DNA of 64,000 bases from positions 11,408,001 to 11,472,000 of the forward strand of contig JAQFVV010000010.1 in the NCBI GenBank assembly GCA_028023455.1, given 5' to 3'. The DNA is from Epiperipatus broadwayi. Lineage: Eukaryota > Animalia > Onychophora. The notes below the pieces were generated by a model. The model searched no databases, was not told the DNA's origin, and saw only the letters and a list, made by a program, of their open reading frames with translations. Positions 62,701 through 64,000 of the stretch are shown one piece after another. A program made the position numbers and the translations under genes. Within the stretch, counting starts at the first letter, position 1, and the number at the start of each line of letters is the position of its first letter.

Positions 62701-64000
62701 ATTAGAGTAGAGATTATTCAGTCCCTACCTTGCGTGAGTGGTGTAGTGAAAATAACACTACAGAAATATTATTCATTATCTTTATATCTATTAACTATTA
62801 CTTAGCTTACTTATATGAAAAAGACAGAGTAATAACAAAATCTGGTCTGTGCTAGTTAAGAATTTGTTGTTTCACAGGTAAAGGAGAATGACATTTATCC
62901 AGATGCATTAAAATTTGCAGATTAGAAGTACATTATTATTATTTCTCTTACCAGACTAATAGTACAAGCCATACTACTTTTTTTTTTTAATCTAATATTT
63001 TATCTGTAATTGGTGATATATATAAATTATGAAGATGAATATTTTCATAATATTACAATCTGTGTTCAGATTCACAAAATCATTATGCAGACCAAGTCAA
63101 CTATTTTGGTATTTTCGAGAATAAGCATTTCCTTGAAATTGCATCAGATGAAATCATGCTCATCTTCCGAATTTTGATATTATTTTCTTTCATGTTGATT
63201 TCCCTCTAGCTGTATTATTATTGTTGCATTATATATATATTTATAAATTACTTCTGTCTACAATGTGTAATAAACATCAACTTAGGACAATCTGCTTTTC
63301 TTGTTTTCAATTAATTTCTATATTTTCCCCGAAAACATATATATAACACAAATCAACCGACAGAAATCAATTTTCTAGTATTTAAATATATTTTGATGCT
63401 AGCCAGTTTATCATTCAATATCATGGTGGAATCTATGGTCCTATTTTCAAAAGGTAAGTGTATCTATTATGTTTTAAAAAATAATTTATACTCAATCTTT
63501 TTTTTATTATCAAAATGAAATAATTGAGTGAGAGAAAAACATCATTTATCTAATTTATCATTTTCATTTTTGGAAATTTCAATTTAATCTTTTATCTGAC
63601 CAGATTAAAAAAATTGCTTTATAAGTCCATTATGGATACATTACCTATTATTTTCATAATAGAGATAGTTCTTAATTAAATGAAATTCAGCCATTTAGAA
63701 AGTTAGAGTCTAATGCTTTATAAAAGTTCCTGATTTGAAACTAAGTCATTTTATAGTTCAAATATTGTGACCTCCTTCTTGATAAATCATTCAATTATTT
63801 TTTTTTTTCGTAATTAAATCTCTTCTTTTTGAGAGAAGCATAAGAATTTTACATAAAGTTATGGACTAAAGAGACCCAATTTTTCAGCATTTATATTTTT
63901 AGAAAAATATTTGAAATTCTTCAAGAACTTTGATTGTAAAAGCTGTCTATCAGTGCAGCTATTTGTTTAGACCTATATGCCTATTATTTTTTAAACAGAT

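Overview
AT-rich, CpG-depleted eukaryotic (arthropod-like invertebrate) genomic DNA. The whole window lies inside one gene, a minus-strand Dicer-1. I can splice seven internal exons with canonical GT/AG junctions and consistent phases: 55248-55103, 42038-41900, 34770-34695, 32434-32289, 32167-31988, 21113-20900 and 9182-6283. They total 3801 nt (1267 codons) and encode DUF283, platform, PAZ, RNase IIIa and the first half of RNase IIIb. The helicase exons and the 3' exons were not found and presumably lie outside the window. The introns (five of 2-13 kb, one of 121 bp) are filled with mobile DNA: two decayed Ty3/Gypsy pol regions, a near-complete Penelope-like element (RT + GIY-YIG), a ~5 kb LINE with a PHD + SGNH-esterase ORF1, RTE and CR1-like fragments, a hAT deletion derivative, a mariner remnant, MITE-like foldbacks and a small tRNA-derived SINE. 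The most notable signal is a non-coding ~454-461 bp repeat family present at five loci. It carries a minimal type I hammerhead ribozyme fold (CUGANGA / GAAA / GUC core, palindromic ACUAGU stem III). It occurs as tandem and fold-back arrays with 9-14 bp target-site duplications, i.e. a retrozyme-like element. One array is inserted into the 3' UTR of the Penelope element, and two of its intact ribozyme copies lie in the sense orientation of the Dicer-1 pre-mRNA.
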